Below are positions 40,514-54,918 of a stretch of 64,000 nucleotides of DNA, in pieces. Numbering within the stretch: the first letter of the stretch is position 1; each line of letters begins with the position of its first letter. The translations under genes were made by a program, and so were the position numbers. The DNA is from Vicugna vicugna (taxonomy: Eukaryota). The notes under the pieces were generated by a model. That model made no database searches and was not told where the DNA came from. It was given only the letters and a program-made list of their open reading frames with translations. The stretch covers positions 3,363,061-3,427,060 of the forward strand of contig MU058423.1 of assembly GCA_013265495.1 (NCBI GenBank), in the 5' to 3' direction.

Positions 40514-43500
40514 GTTCTAGACTCACCCTCAATCACTTGCAAGCATCTGAATGCCTATAATCTGCTGGACATCAGGCTACCTGGGGAAGGTGGGGCATCA
40601 CAATGTCTTTGCCTTCAAGGAGTTAACATGGAGAAAAGCTAAATAAATACTTGCTAATACATGTGCTTCAATAAACATATGTAAAAAGCACTGTGTGCTC
40701 ATAGAGGAAATGATTTAGGCAAATCATTTCTAAGATCCTCTCCAGCTCTAAAATAATATTAATTAAACTCAGCAAATATTTACTGAGCACCTATTTTCTG
40801 TCCAGCTATTATTGGCTTGATTTCTGAGTACAGCATTATCACTCAGAGGTAGCACCTGATGAATACGTATTAGCACTCTTATTTTCTAGATACATTCGTT
40901 CAATATTAAGTGTCTCTCTATGTACTAAGCTCTTTGCTGGGCATGTGTGAAAAAAATTGATGATGTTTTAAAGGTGATTTCAGAAGTTTAGAATAAAACA
41001 AAACAGACATTGACTCTATTTTTCAGAAAATAAATTACCAGGTGATAGGTTTGGTTGCATTTGGACTTACAGTGTTTCAGTTCAACTCAACTTTATATTT
41101 ATTGGTCTAAATATGAATTGATGGTGTTTCAAATGTTATTTCAACTACCTAGAGACAAATCAGCAGCATTGACTAGTGTTAATAATAAAGAAAGTAGAAA
41201 TGAAAGGATTAGGCATGCTTGTCCATTAAAAACTACTCATAAATTTTGCAATAGAATATATCCGTTAGAATAAATACTTTGAGAAGATATTTTTGAAGAA
41301 ATATTATATTATTACCCAGACAAATATCGACTCTTTTCCAATGTTCTTTTTTCTGGTGTCTAGCTATAATATCGTCTAGTATTTTTTTGTGCATTAGATC
41401 ATGTCTTCTTTTACATGAAACTCTTATATGCCTTAAATGCCTCTTTTTTATTGGATATAAACATTTATTTCTCCAACTTTTGTTTAGTGGACCAGTATGC
41501 AACTATTCAATTGGAGGATACAAAAGCAAGTAAGAATTGGATCTGCTCACAGAGTTGAGAGGAGGGCAAATAAAACAGAAGAAAGTTGAGAAAGGGGCAT
41601 TTACATAACTACCAGAGGACCTCAGAGGAGGTCATTACTTCCACAGGAGACATTAGAGAAAGCTTTGTGGAGGATGTGGCATAGAGCTATACCTCGAGCC
41701 TTGAAGGAAGTGTTGGATCGGCAAATGCAGAGAAGGAAGGAAAAGCCATTGCTGACTTGAGCCAAGGGAGAGAGGCGGGAGAGTGCAAAGTTAGGAAGAA
41801 GAGCCTGAGTTGAAACAAAGGAAAAAGTAGCTATGAAAAAGCAGCTATGAAAAAGAGTAGAAGAAAACCAGGTTGGAAGCAAAGATTGTGGCCAAGACCC
41901 GGTTTTAAATGCTAGGCGGGGTGGTCTAGACTTTCTTTTGTAGCTTGTGAGGCATTTGAGGAAGGGAATGAAAAATCAGAGTTGTTCATTAGGATCATTA
42001 ATCTGACAAGAGTATTTAAGATAGATTGGGCTGGGGAAAAGCTAATGCAGGGGCCAGTTAGAAGGCTGGTTATTACAGCAGTGCAGACAATAGGTTCTGA
42101 GGCTCTGAGTTAGGGTATTAGCAGAGCCATTAGAGAACACTCAGGAGAGGCTATTGTAAAGCTAGAATCAATAGGCCCTGGCAACTTATTGCATATGGTG
42201 ATGGAATAAGGGAAGTAGTAAAAAACAAACAAACAAATGAGTCCAATATTATAAACCTTCATGACAGAGAGAATGGTGGTACTTTAAGCAAATTTAGGGA
42301 ATGAAGGATTAAGATTAATATAGAAAATATGCTTTTGTAAGGAAGAAATATATTTACATTATATTCTGGAAATTTATTTATTCAATTCACTTTAACTGAT
42401 GCCAGTGATGAAAATGTGAAGTGCACTAGGGGATATCTTGAATTTTGCACTATGATAATAGTGAGTGTCCAGTTTATTATATTCAGTGTTGTCTCTTTTA
42501 TTACTTAAGTATATTCTCAGACTGATGATTTGGAGAAATGCCTCTTGTAACCTTACTCTGACCTTCTGGGTTAGCCAAGTGTCTGAGGTATATAGATTTT
42601 TCACTGTGTTCAAAATCTTTAACCAAAGAGATTCTTAAAATAGTACAAAAGATCTTTTATCTTTAACAACAACAACAAAAAACACCCATCCGTGGATGGA
42701 CTTGATTTAAGCTTTTAGCTTAATATTCTTTGAACACTTAAACTCAGGGACTTTCTAGATTAAATCTGATGTAGTTAATGTATTTCAGATAAATAGCCTA
42801 TAGACAATCACTGTCATTATCATGACTAATGCAATCAAATATAATTTCCCAGTTGGAAAGTAATTTTTATTTGTACAGTCTTTCTAAGAAGAAATATTCA
42901 AGTTTTAGCAGAATTGGTCAAGATTCAAAAATCTTTTTTAAGATTTAATTGTTTTACTAGATTACTTACTTTCTAAATAAGTGGATAGAGAAGATCTGTT
43001 ATGAAAAGTGAGTCCATTTATAACAGAAATTGTTCTAAGCAGTATCTTACTCCTTATCTGTCATTTTTCATTTTCAATATGAAAAGAATTACAGTAGGAA
43101 TATGCAGTGGGCCTATTTAGATTTTAATCTGATACTTTTAATGCTAGATTTAACTTCACTCATTTTAAATTCTCATTTAAATCTGAAGAGCTGTAAAAAG
43201 TTTTTTGTTTGTTTTTTTTTTTTTTGAGAGAGAGAGAGAGGAAAGAAAAGATGGGAAGTTGCTTTGTGGGAACAAGAAGACTGTTACAAGACTGTTACTT
43301 GCTTGACAAGTCAGTTTGGCCAAAGAAGATTGTGTCAAAATCTCACCCTGATGATTTTATTATGAAGCTAAAAAAAGACAAAAACAAAAACAAAAACACC
43401 AAGCCCAGAATAATATGTGGATGATAAAAAAGAAAAGAAAAATTTTTTTCCAATGACATGTAGGAAAGGAAACTGAGGTAAATGCACAAACAACTGATTT

Positions 43501-44159
43501 AAAAGCAAGTTTTATCAAAGTTATCCAGTTATGTGCTTCAATTTTTGGCTTTATCTTTGGAGCAGACTTGATTTTTTCACACATATCAAGCACCTTCATT
43601 TGTGGAACCCCTTTTTTTTGGCCAAATATATGGGTCTTGCACTACTTTGATGAGCCTGGGCTACAGTAAGAGTGATGGTGCCGACTCCCAGATAGAAGCT
43701 GTTAGTAAAAGGGGGATAGAGTGGTTATGTGGTGTAGAAGGGGCAAGGGCAGGAGGAAGGGGCGCCCATCTGGCTGCTGATTAGAGTAGCATTCGTATTG
43801 AAGAATACAGGTGTGCTTTAACTTTATACTGATGTGTTCTTGAAAAGATGTATATAACTGTTTTTTGGTTGTTGATTAATCTGAATTGGCTATATTTTTG
43901 GAATTCCTCTACTTTCATTTCTGATTGATCTTTAATTGGCAGAGGTTTCTAAGACTTAAATTCTAAATTTCTCTGCTACTTCTCACCTCTCACGTAGTCA
44001 AGCCCCGCTCTGTTAATCCTAATACATGTTTATTGGTTATGATTTTTAACATTCCTTTATAGTATGAAAAATGTCCATTTTCTCTACCTTATCAATTTAA
44101 GCCTTCTGAATCTGTATTTCTGTTATTCCATATATTTGCTGATATTGTTACTGTTGTTC

Positions 44160-44400
44160 CATAATAATAAAACTCCACAACAATAATATCAACTTTCATT
44201 GAGCATTTACTATATACTGGGCATTGTTCTAATCTAATATACATATTAGACTTTCATATATTCATTTATTTAAACCTCTCCAATGAGGTAGATATTATTC
44301 TTCCATTTTACAGATAAAGAAACTGAGGCACAGGGAGAATAAGCAACTTTCTCAAGGTTACACAGTCAGTAAGTTGCAGAACCTCTGTATACCAGGGTTT
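44160..44400 (-). mobile_element. MIR SINE
   Basis: ccattttacagataaagaaactgaggcacagggagaataagcaactttctcaaggttacacag. Confidence 0.8.
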
Positions 44401-45054
44401 CCTAAATGAGGTTTCACAACTATAATTGAGTCCAACTTGGAAGGCTTTATGCCTGGAAGTGGTCTTTTTCTGCTTACATCCCACTGGCAGGAACTCAGTC
44501 ACGTGGCTGTATCTAACTGCAGGGGAGGATGGGAAATGCAACCCAGTTGTATGCCCAGGAGGAAAATAGAAATGCTTTGGCAAATAGGGTAGCAGCCTCT
44601 GGTCATACGCCACAAACTAGTAAACTCACAATTATATAACTTGTGATACATGCTGTAAAGTAAAATAGTATATATGAGTGAGAATAATCGTTTGGGGGCA
44701 GAGAATATTTCTGAAAAGTCCTTTGTGATGAAGTAATAATTAAACTGAGACCTGAGAAATGAGAAGACAAAGTGGTAGGAGAAAGAACATTCTAGGTACT
44801 TATGAAGGCTCTGAGGTAGGAAAGCTTGGAGAATCCAAGGAACTGCAAGCGTACAGTGACTGAGCCCAGGTAAGAGGCGGGAGATGGGGCCGGAGGGGCA
44901 GGCGGGGCTGGAGGGGAGACAGGGCTGGAGAGGCAGGCAAGGCCACTCACACAGCCAGCGCTCCATAGAACATGCGAAAGAGTTAGTATTTGATCCTGAT
45001 GGAGATGGAAAAATGTGATATTTTAGTATTTCTATCTGGATGTTAAAATAGGAC

Positions 45055-45160
45055 TTTTTATTGACGTATAGTCTATTTACAATGTGCCAATTTCTGGTGC
45101 ACAGCTTAATGTTTCAGTCATCCATATACATACATGTATTCATTTTCATATTCTTTTTCT
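45055..45160 (-). mobile_element. Short L1 3' terminal fragment
   Basis: tttttattgacgtatagtctatttacaatgtgccaatttctggtgcacagc, the same terminus as the copy at about 45830. Confidence 0.75.
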
Positions 45161-45828
45161 GAACAGGACTCTTTCTGACTTTCAGCTGAGGGCCCAATTA
45201 TCCCCACATTCCAACGTGAAGTGTTAAAATCAGATCATCAATCGCAGAATTACAAAGAAGGTGTAAAAAACCAGTTCCGTGGGTCCTTACTCCCCTGCCC
45301 ATCTTAAGGCTATTCAAGTGCTGAACTGAAGGGGATGAGGAGCCAGTCGAGATTTGGAAGATTCTCATGGAAGGAATCTTCGATGTGTCATGCGTCTTCC
45401 CTACACCCACGGGAGGCTGTGGGACAGGTGTTTCTACTTCACCTCAGGCCTAGTGAGGGAGGCTTTAGAGAGAAAACGTGGAGAATGTGACCTGAATCCT
45501 CTGGATTCCATGTGACATAGAAATACCTGGAAAAGTTTACTGGCATTAGAAAAGGAATTGCATTTGGAAAGTAACTTTAATCCCTTCACCTGGCAGGAAT
45601 ATATGCCTGGAGTCATTTGAAAAGGATCAAGCCCAAGAAGGCTGCTGCCTAAACCAGGCAACATCAGCAGAAAGAGGCTAGAGACACGCCATCAGATTCA
45701 GAGGCTGTGAGTGGGGTAGGGGTGTAAGCCTCCAGCTAAGGTAGAGGCTTTGCATGCTTCAAGGAAGCTGTGGTCAGATGAACCCACAGAGGAATAGCCA
45801 AGGTGCTCATAAAAACAACCCTGAGAGC

Positions 45829-46048
45829 TGTTTGAGATATGCAAAGGTTAACCACTATATATAAAAATGGATTAAAAAACCAAATTTCTTCCGTATAGCA
45901 CAGAGAACTATTTTCAATATCTTGTAATAACCTTTAATGAAAAAGAATATGAAAACAAATATATGTATGTATATGCATGACAGGGACATTATACTGTACA
46001 CCAAAAATTGACACATTGTAACTGACTATACGTCAAAAAAAAAAAAAA
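45829..46048 (+). mobile_element. Short L1 3' end with poly(A) tail
   Basis: gtatagcacagagaactattttcaatatcttgtaataacc...ctgtacacc...actgactatacgtc and an A-tail; approximate TSD ctgagagc / cagagagc. Confidence 0.85.
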
Positions 46049-46589
46049 TCCAGAGAGCAAGAGTCAGTTTTAAATACCATCGCAACCAGAGAACACCAAT
46101 GCTAGGCTACATCTATGCCCAGCAAACAAGAACTTTCCTGATCTCTCTTTTGTCTCTGGCTCCTCCACCCCTGCCTGACCAAGGCCAGCTGAGAGAATGA
46201 AGAGGAAAAGGGCAGGAGAGGAGCAGATTGGCCGGGTGGTGGTGGGAAGCACTAACTGTAATGAAATTCAGATTTTGACCACCACAGTGGACTGGGCATT
46301 TTTATTATTGAAATAGGACTACTTCGTACTAAAGAGAAGAATTTTTATTAACTGAGCGTTCCGAAACAGTCAAGGGACTTCTATGAACTAGGAAAGAGCC
46401 TGTCCTGTAGAACAGATTTGATCACGCTTTTGGGAAGGAAAGAATAAAGTTGTTTTCTGTTCTTAAGAGAAGAGTTTCTGGTTCTTGTGAAAATTACATG
46501 TTTTAAACATTCACACTGGCTGCTGAGTGGACATCGTATCAGAGGATGACAGGTGTAATTGAGGAGCATTAGTTAGGAAACTACTGCTG

Positions 46590-46780
46590 GCTTCTCCACT
46601 TCCTAGAGGTGTGACTTTGGGCAAGTCACTTAACTTCTCTGTGCATGCTTCCTCATCCTAAAGTCGTGATGTACTAGAATGCCCTAGAGGGTTGTTGAGA
46701 GGAATAAATGAGCTAGGATAGGTAAAGTGCTTAGAGGAATGTCTGATCTGTAATAAGTATTATGAAGTGTTTGTTAATAT
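46590..46780 (+). mobile_element. MIR SINE
   Basis: gtgtgactttgggcaagtcacttaacttctctgtgc...gggttgttgagaggaataaatgag. Confidence 0.8.
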
Positions 46781-49104
46781 TTTCACTTTAAAATTATTAT
46801 AACAGCCCAACTGAGAGATAGTGATGACTAGGAATATGTTTAACTTGAAAGTGTGAAAAGGTTCACGATATATTTTAGAGTTATAGTCAAGGACTTTGAG
46901 GGGATGATTGGATATGGAGAGTGAGACAGAGGGAGAGGCAAGAATTGCTCCTGGGGTTCTAGCTTGGACCCCTGGATGGAACTGAGATTCCTGAGATTGA
47001 GGACAGAAATTGTATATAGGCTTAGTAGAGATTCTTGCTTACTGATGCTTTAAAAGTTTACATTTTAATAGCATAGAAAGATGTGGGCATCACAGGATTT
47101 TTTTCCCCTGAAATTTAAAGTACTCTAAAAGCAAAGTCACCTTCTGATCCTTTGTCCCACTGTTTTAGAAAATGGGAGGGGGGGTGGGTAAATATTTATG
47201 TGATAATATGGTTTTTCTTTCAAGAACCAAGAATGACCACAACAGGCAATCAAATTTTGTATAATAAACGTTGTTACAAAAAATGGCATAATAGTAACAC
47301 TTCTAAAACTAGCATTGTCATCTTTGATAGACGTCCTCCAAAATGTAATTGTCCTATGTGTAATAAACTTAATAAACTACAGAACAAATTTACCCAGTAG
47401 AGGCTGCACATATAGTTTTCTGACCTTTTTCCCCAAAAGCACGCACACAAAAGCACAGCGCTTATTGGTTTAAATGTCTTGAATGGCTTGTCACCTTCCC
47501 TTTGCTTTGGCTGCAGTAAGTTGATCTTTAACCAGGGTAACAGCAAGATTCCCATCCGAAAGATAAATTGTGGAGATAAAAGAACACTTTGTTCTTTGGT
47601 ATTAACTCCTTAGGTCTCCCCCACTCCCCTCCACGCCCAAAACACAATCAGTGTCGAGAACCCGAGAACCGAATTTCTCTTTTGCCTGAGGTCTTGCCAG
47701 AAGCTGTCTTTATCACCCCCTCTAGGCTGGCTAGTGATTGGAAGAATACTAGTATCCAATACTGGGGCTGACCACTGAATAAGGGCCACTTTTAGTTCCA
47801 GCCCTCAAGTTCTGAAGGACCCTGTATAGAGATGCGTAGCCCCTCATCATCAGAACCTTCCTCCCAGGCCTCCTTCCTGACAGCACTCCAGAAGAGGCTG
47901 TGTCCTTCAGGGCTCTGTGAGAGTGGGAAGAAGCAGGTGGTTCCTTGAGACCCTGGTGTCTAAGGTTACACCATCCATCCTGGCTGGGCCTCATCTTGGT
48001 TTAATGAGTGTGGTATTTCTGTTGTAACAAACATTCTTTTAGGTAAAAGTAGTAAATCTCCTGCCCTTCAGAAACAAATGTTTGGTTTGGCGTGTTACAT
48101 TTGCTTTCAGCAAACCCATAAAGAGGCAAAGCCAACCCACATGATCCAGAAAGGAGAAAATAAGGTCAAATGCTCAAATGCTGGATCAATTCTCTAGCAG
48201 CTGAAAGGGTGGATATCAGAGGAAGTCTTTGCTTTCAAATAGGGATGATTTTAGATAATAGAGGAACAGTTTGAAATCCATACAGGTATATATCAGAAAA
48301 TTAAAGTGCTTAAAATAAAATGTTTAATGTTCCTTCATCTCATTTTATTTTTTATAGCCATGATAATCAGTTGGTAACATGCACTTTGAAAATTTCCAAG
48401 CCAGCATCATCTTGGCCATGATGGTATTTGGGGAATCTTCTGGGGATTTTTTTATGTGTTAGAGTGAACCTGAAACTGTTTATTCTTTTCTTTCTTTTTA
48501 AAATTAATTTCTTCTTTCAGTTTTATCACAGTAATATATGTACATGGTAAAGATAAAATATTATTGAAGAATTTATACTGAAAAACAACAGCTCTCTGCC
48601 TCACTTCTCAGCCCCACTTTCCAGAGGCAAACAACCCTCCCTCTTTTATTTGGTAAAAGGATTAAAATTGTTTTAAATAATTACTGATTTCTTACCCTTT
48701 TATTCCTTTTTATTTTATCTCCTTTTATCTCCTGAGAAGTTACAACTGTAAATAATCTAGTATGTATCCTTCAAGTGTTTGTTTCTATTCTTGTAGCAAA
48801 CACACACACAGGGAGGCAGCAGCCACTTCTTAGTAACTTTTTCTTTTCAGTTTTCCTGTAATTGTCTCTAGGCTTTCAATTATATGCTGTTGCTGCCATT
48901 ACTTAGTTTCTCAACTTAAAAACATTATCTAGTCACTGCCTATCATAAAAATAAGATTTTTAGCTACCCCTTCTGGATATCCTTTTGAAAATTATTACTG
49001 TTTTATTTTCGGTTGCTTTTATATTTCTAAATAATATACTTAAACCTTTAGGTTTTGTCCCATCAGCCTTATATAATATCTCTTGACTCCTAAGCTATAT
49101 TTAT

Positions 49105-49860
49105 TAATTTAACAATTACTTACTGAATACCTACTAGGGTGATAGGCACTATTCTAAGTGCTCAGTGAACAAAACAAAGATCCCAGCCTCATTGGCACTT
49201 ACTTACACCCAGTGCGGGGAGGGATGTTGCCTTAAATTATACTGTAGACATTGATAAGTTCAGTGAAAAAAAAATGTAGAACAAGGTAAGACGGATCAGG
49301 AGTTAGGGAGATGGGACTAAGAATTTTAAACTGGGTGGTCAGATTTGGCCTCGTCGAGAGGTGACATTTGAGCCAAGACTTAAAGGCAAGGAGGGAGTTA
49401 TCCACGTGAATATCTTAGGGAAGAGAGTTTCAGGCAGAAGAAACAGCAAAGGCTTTAAAGTAGTAAGCAGTGTGCCTGGCGCATTCAAGGACAGGCACCG
49501 GGGCTAGCACGGCGGCAGTGGACTGAGCAAAGGGCCGCGTGGTGGGTGCTGAGGCCGAGAGACAGCAGGATGAGATGATGCAGGGCCGTACGGACCAGTA
49601 TCAGGACCTTCGCTGTACTCCGGGTGCAATGGGAAGTCATTGCTATGTTTTGGGCAGAGAAGTAACGTGGTCTGACTTGTATTTAGAAGGATTTGTATAC
49701 TTGCATGTTGAGAAAAAGTGTAGAAAGTCATTGGTGGAAGTAGGGAGACTCGCTGGGAGGCTTCTGCAGTAATCTAGAAAGAGATGATGGTGGTTCTGAG
49801 CAGGGACTGCTCATGGAGTTGGTGAGAGGCAGTCACATTCTGGGTACATTTTGATGGGGC
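49105..49860 (-). mobile_element. L2a-like 3' region
   Basis: atttaacaattacttactgaatacctactagggtgataggcactattctaagtgct; gaggtgacatttgagccaagacttaaagg. Confidence 0.75.
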
Positions 49861-50849
49861 TTTTAGCTGTTTTTTTTCCCACCTTCTCTTCTACTTACTA
49901 TATTTTGACAACTATACTTTTGTTTTTACATTTTCAAGGTTAATGCTAAGTTCATTCTTTATTGTAACCCACTTTTCGTCTATCGTTTATAGGTTGGTTC
50001 TGAAAGGTAAATATCAATCTTTTCTCCAATTTGCATTATTATGACTGTTTAATTATTATTCATTGCATAGCCAAACAATGTACACAAATAGTTTCCTTCT
50101 TAGAAGTCTAGGGTCATGACTTTTGGGCTCCTTGGAGAATGTTCTAGGGTCTAAATTAAATTAAAAAAAATAATTTCAGAAATTGCTTAAAATTATACCA
50201 CATTTTAGCAGACTTCATATTTGTATCACGAGTTTTTAGAAATTCAGTTCTTGTTAGTCTCTCCTGGAATTTTCAATTGTCTTTCTTTTATGTTGTTGAG
50301 AAAAACATGCATATTTTCTTTACCATATCACTGATACAATCTAGTTCCATAGTCACTCTAACTTTTGCAAAGATTGCATTTCATTTTTCTTCTTTAAGGC
50401 ATTGTACTTGAGGCCCACTGACTTCTTACTCTGATTTAGATTGATTTGTAAATCCTATGCACAGCCTCACCCTGGAACTGCTTTTCGTTAGACTCTTGGG
50501 TTAGTCCCACCCTTTTTAATATTCTATACCTTCCTCTCTGTTGGTTTGCACCTCGTTTCTCTGGAATATATTTTTAAAAATCTTCATCCTAAAAAACAGA
50601 TGGGAGATGAAATTTCTGACTACTTGTATATCTGAAAATGTCTTTTAAGTATGCCTTCACATCGATTTATAGTTTGGCAGAGCACGGAATTCTATATTCA
50701 AACGTTTTTTTCCCCTTAGAACTGTGAAGGTATTGTTCCAGTATCTTTTAGCACAGAGAATTACTGATAAGAACTTTGATGTTAGTTTATTATTGTTCCT
50801 TGGTAAGTGACCTTTTTTCTCTTCCTCAATAAAGGCTTTAAAAAAAAAC

Positions 50850-51292
50850 TGTCTCTTCCCATGTTCACTGAAGAATTATTCACAATAGCCAAGATATAGA
50901 AATAACTTAAATGTCCATAGATGGATTAATGGATTAAAAAAATACAGTAATATATCATTCAGCCATGAAAAAGATGGAAATCCTTTCATATGTAAGAATA
51001 TGGATGAACCTTGAGGACATTATGCTAAGGGAATAAGCCAGCCATGAAAGGACAAATCCTGCATGATTCTACTTATATTAGGTATCTAAAACAGACTCAC
51101 AGAAGCCGAGTAGAATGGTGGTTATCAGGAGCTGGAGAGAGGGGAAAATGGGAAACTGTTCAACAGGTATAAAGTTTCAGTTGTGCAAGATGAATGAATT
51201 CTAGAGATCTGCTCTACAACAGTGTGCCTATAATTAACAGCTTGCTTAGAAGGTAGAGCTTGTGTTATGTGTTCTTACCACAATAAAAAGAA
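50850..51292 (+). mobile_element. L1M 3' end nested in an older minus-strand L1ME-like element
   Basis: ccatgttcactgaagaattattcacaatagccaagata...tggatgaaccttgaggacattatgctaagg...ttcttaccacaataaaa. Confidence 0.85.
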
Positions 51293-51444
51293 TTAGTTAA
51301 TTTAAAAAATCTTCTCTTAATATTTGGTGTTCTAAAATTCAGGGTGTTGTGTCTATAGAGATGGCCTTTTTTCATTCATTCTGCTTGGCTCTCAGTTATC
51401 TCCTTTTCAAGGAATACTTATGATTTGCTTTAACTCTGGAGGAT

Positions 51445-51447
51445 GTG

Positions 51448-51484
<37 letters not shown>

Positions 51485-51496
51485 TATATATATATA
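51445..51496. repeat. (TG)n(TA)n microsatellite
   Basis: Seen directly. Confidence 0.95.
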
Positions 51497-52313
51497 CTTA
51501 AAATTTTAATTTTATATAACATGCTATGAAGAGCTAAGAAAATTTAAGGACTACTTGTTTTCTATTAATTTTTTCCTTAACAAAATGGAATTCACTGAAG
51601 TTGAAGACTCAATATTATGTGATGGTCTAAACATTTTTTATAAATTAGAATAAAATCTAGTGTGATCATGTTTATTGAATGGATTTGTTTGGAAAGTTAC
51701 ATTTTATTTGTTTTTTTTTAAATCAAGGTAATAAAAAACTTGATTGATTTATTCAACTTTTCATTATGTTGTTTTGCTTTTAGCTGTAATACTGGTGACC
51801 CATGGAGAATCACATTGACTAACATGATAAATCCCACACGCATTTTATTTCCAGGTGAATTGTGTAAACTAGATTTTTATTGAAGATTATATGTTAAAAT
51901 CAATGTTATAGCCATATACCATGTCTTGAAGGAAGTAATGATTTGAAATTGTATCATTTCCTCCAAATGAAGGGCAGTTCTTAGTTAAATAAAAGAATGA
52001 TGATGTCTTCTAAACCATTTCCCCTTCACTGTGTCTTATTAAAATAAAATCTGTCAAGTCCTTTTGAAAACCTCTATGAGGGGTTCCAATGAACCATAAA
52101 GCTAACTGAATTTATGTATTTTTTTCTGCTTGTATATCTTTCTATGCCATTTTTGACCCAAATCCAAGTATGCAGCCTAGTTGTAATTTTTCTGAGATTG
52201 TTAGTATGTATCATCTTTACATTGCTCAGTAAACATTTTAATGAATTCAGTTAGTGACTGAAAGCCCTCCCTACATTTACTGTGTGAGAATTAGTCACCT
52301 ATTATGTCTAGAC

Positions 52314-52380
52314 TATATATATGTATACACACACACACACACACATATAGTGTATATATATATATATATATATATACATA
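52314..52380. repeat. (TA)n(CA)n(TA)n microsatellite
   Basis: Seen directly. Confidence 0.95.
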
Positions 52381-54636
52381 TTCATTCTTACTCCCTTTTG
52401 TTTTAAAAAGAATTTCTATTTGCTGAATGTTAGACCTTCTGGATTTTATTTCATCTTTTCTCTAAAGTTTTCTCTCATTTTATCTTTTGCTTTATGTTCT
52501 AGAAGAGGTCCTAGACTTTGGTTTTTAGCTTGTCTACTGATTTAAAAAAATTCAGCAATCATAGGCGTAATTTCCGAGAAGTCTTTCTCCTTCGGAATTT
52601 TTATTTTGGTGCAGAGGGAAGTCAGGTGAGAGGTAGGAGGGCCCAATTCTAACTTTGTGGAAGCAGTATCTTTTCAAATCTCTCTGCTTATGCTAATTTA
52701 AAATTTAGAAAGATTCCTTTTCTTTTCCATAGGCAGCCTGTGCTTTTCCCCTAAGATCAGTTCTATTTATATTGGTTGTTCTCTTTTAATGTTGCTTGTT
52801 TTCTTTCTTGTGATCTTTAGTTGCCCATCATATTTAAGAACAGGACTGTTTTAGATAGATTTTAGGAGTTTCTTACTGTTGTATATATAGGTCTGTCTTC
52901 CTGTGGGATAGCTCTATGTACATGAGAGGGATAATTGATTATGGGAATGCTAGTTCCCCAAATAAACCTCCAGACTGCAATGGCTTTATGCAATAGATGT
53001 TTGTTTCTCATCTGTCGTCGTCCAATGCAAGCTCTGAATGGCAGGTGGCTTTCTGGCATGTGGTGATTCAGAGTCCCGGATTTCTTCCACTAGTGCTGCC
53101 AGCATCACCTTGGGGCTTGGTGCCTTCTGCTTCTGCTCCCAGAAGTTTAAACAAGAAACTGAAAAGGCACACCTACTCCCTCAGATGCCCTGTTCTGGAA
53201 GTGACATACATCTCTTCTACCCACACTTACTAGTTAAGTGACTACACCTGGTACAAGAGAGGCTGAAAAATGAAGTCCCTGGCTGGGCAGCCACTTCCCA
53301 GAAGAAGCATCATATTAAGAAATGAGGAGCACAAATTCTTGGTAGACAGCCAGTCACCACCATTATAAGTAGACTTATCCACTGGTTGCTTTCATTTTAG
53401 GGTAAGAATTCTGGAGCCTTTTATTTTTGTGGGGGAGATTTTGCATCCAAAATGCAAGGATGGGGAGAGCTTTCCTTGGGGTACAGGCATCCAGCCTTAG
53501 CATTCCTAATTCTCTGCAATCAGTTTATTCAGTTTTTCAAGACAAGAAACTTTTTTTTTTGGCCAGGAATCAAATGCTACTTGGTATTGCATGTATTTAG
53601 GAATGGGAGAGGCGGTAGGAAGGATAAGCAGGTGTCTGCAGGTGCAGCCATGTACTATTTCCTGGACACACTGTCAATCAGTCCCTCTGGTTTAGCCTTC
53701 TCTCTGCCTCCTACCGCTCGAGGTACCTGCCAACTCCTCCCAAAGCTTCTGTGGGTTTCTGCTGTGGAGACTGACCCTCTCGTCCACTGAAATTCCTGCA
53801 TATTCTGGGCTACCCATTCTTTCTTCTCTAACTACAGATTTCTAGTCTTTTTCCATTTTCCATATATTTGTTTTAATCTGGCAACTCTTCCTATTCTCCT
53901 TATCATCCTGGGTTTGTTCCTATTTTACCATCATGTCTCAGAAGATAGGCAGGTAAGGAGGACAGAGGTTTTTGCTGGATTTACTGTATTGAACTTGAAG
54001 CTCTCAGAACTGTTTCTTGAGGAATATCTCAAGTTTCCTTGAAGGGATTATTGGAGTATTTGTTCTGTTTTCCATTTAGATTCTTTAATTTTCTTAAGAA
54101 ATGTAACTTTACTATCTGCTCACTTGTTTTTAAAACATGTGTAGATCTAGCATCTCAGAATATTAGCTTTCTGGATTCTCATCAGTGGGCACAAGCCGGG
54201 AGAGTCCACCATCCTGAACCTACCAAAGGCCAGGTGGGACGGTGGTATTTGTTTCAGTTACCTTCAGTTGAGTTAACTTCTATCCTTGGACTAAGCTGGA
54301 ACAACCAACCGCTGTTGTTGTGTGATCTTAGAGCCCTTCTATAACTGCCTAGTCTGAGTTATGTTTTAGGGCTTTGGCCTCCATTTTAACAAAACGATTG
54401 ACAAGAAGTACTTTCCTGTTACTGCAATTATTTTGGGACTTTTTAAAGAACATTATCTTCTCCCTTCCTCTACTCAGTGAGACGTTCTGTAAAACAACTC
54501 ACTGCTACTAACAACTTGGGTTCTCCCGAGGAGCTGATGTTTCCTCCTTTCTGATGATGAGAATTGTGCAATGGACCACATTTCCCTTTATCAATTGTGT
54601 TTTAGCATTATCTGATCTTGACTATCTATTCTCTCT

Positions 54637-54918
54637 CTTTTATTTTCACTTTCTTTTAAAATTATTATTTATTTGTTTTTAATTGAAGTATAGTTGATTT
54701 ACAATGTTGTTTAGTTTCTGGTGTACAGCACTATTTACAATAGCCAAGAAATGGAAGCAACCTAAATGTCTATTGACAGATGATTGGATAAAAAAGTTAT
54801 GGTACACACACAAACACACACACAATGGAATATTACTCAGCCATAAAAAAGAATAAAATAATGCCATTTGCAGCAACATGGATGGACCTAGAGATGATCA
54901 TACTAAGTGAAGTAAGTC
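54637..54918. mobile_element. Short L1 with internal inversion
   Basis: A minus-strand L1 3' terminus (54637-54730) is joined through cagca to plus-strand ORF2-end sequence (54726-54918). Confidence 0.8.

Noticed and set aside
43490..43520. KLAFKS hexapeptide identical to a SCaMC-1 motif
   Set aside because: It is on the opposite strand to the carrier exon, the flanks do not align and there are no fitting splice sites.
48208..48285. Possible decayed SCaMC EF-hand exon (VDIRGSL resembles IDVDGTM; AG...GT bounded)
   Set aside because: Poor acceptor tract, shorter than the expected exon, and the similarity is lost after about 7 residues; indistinguishable from chance without a profile search.
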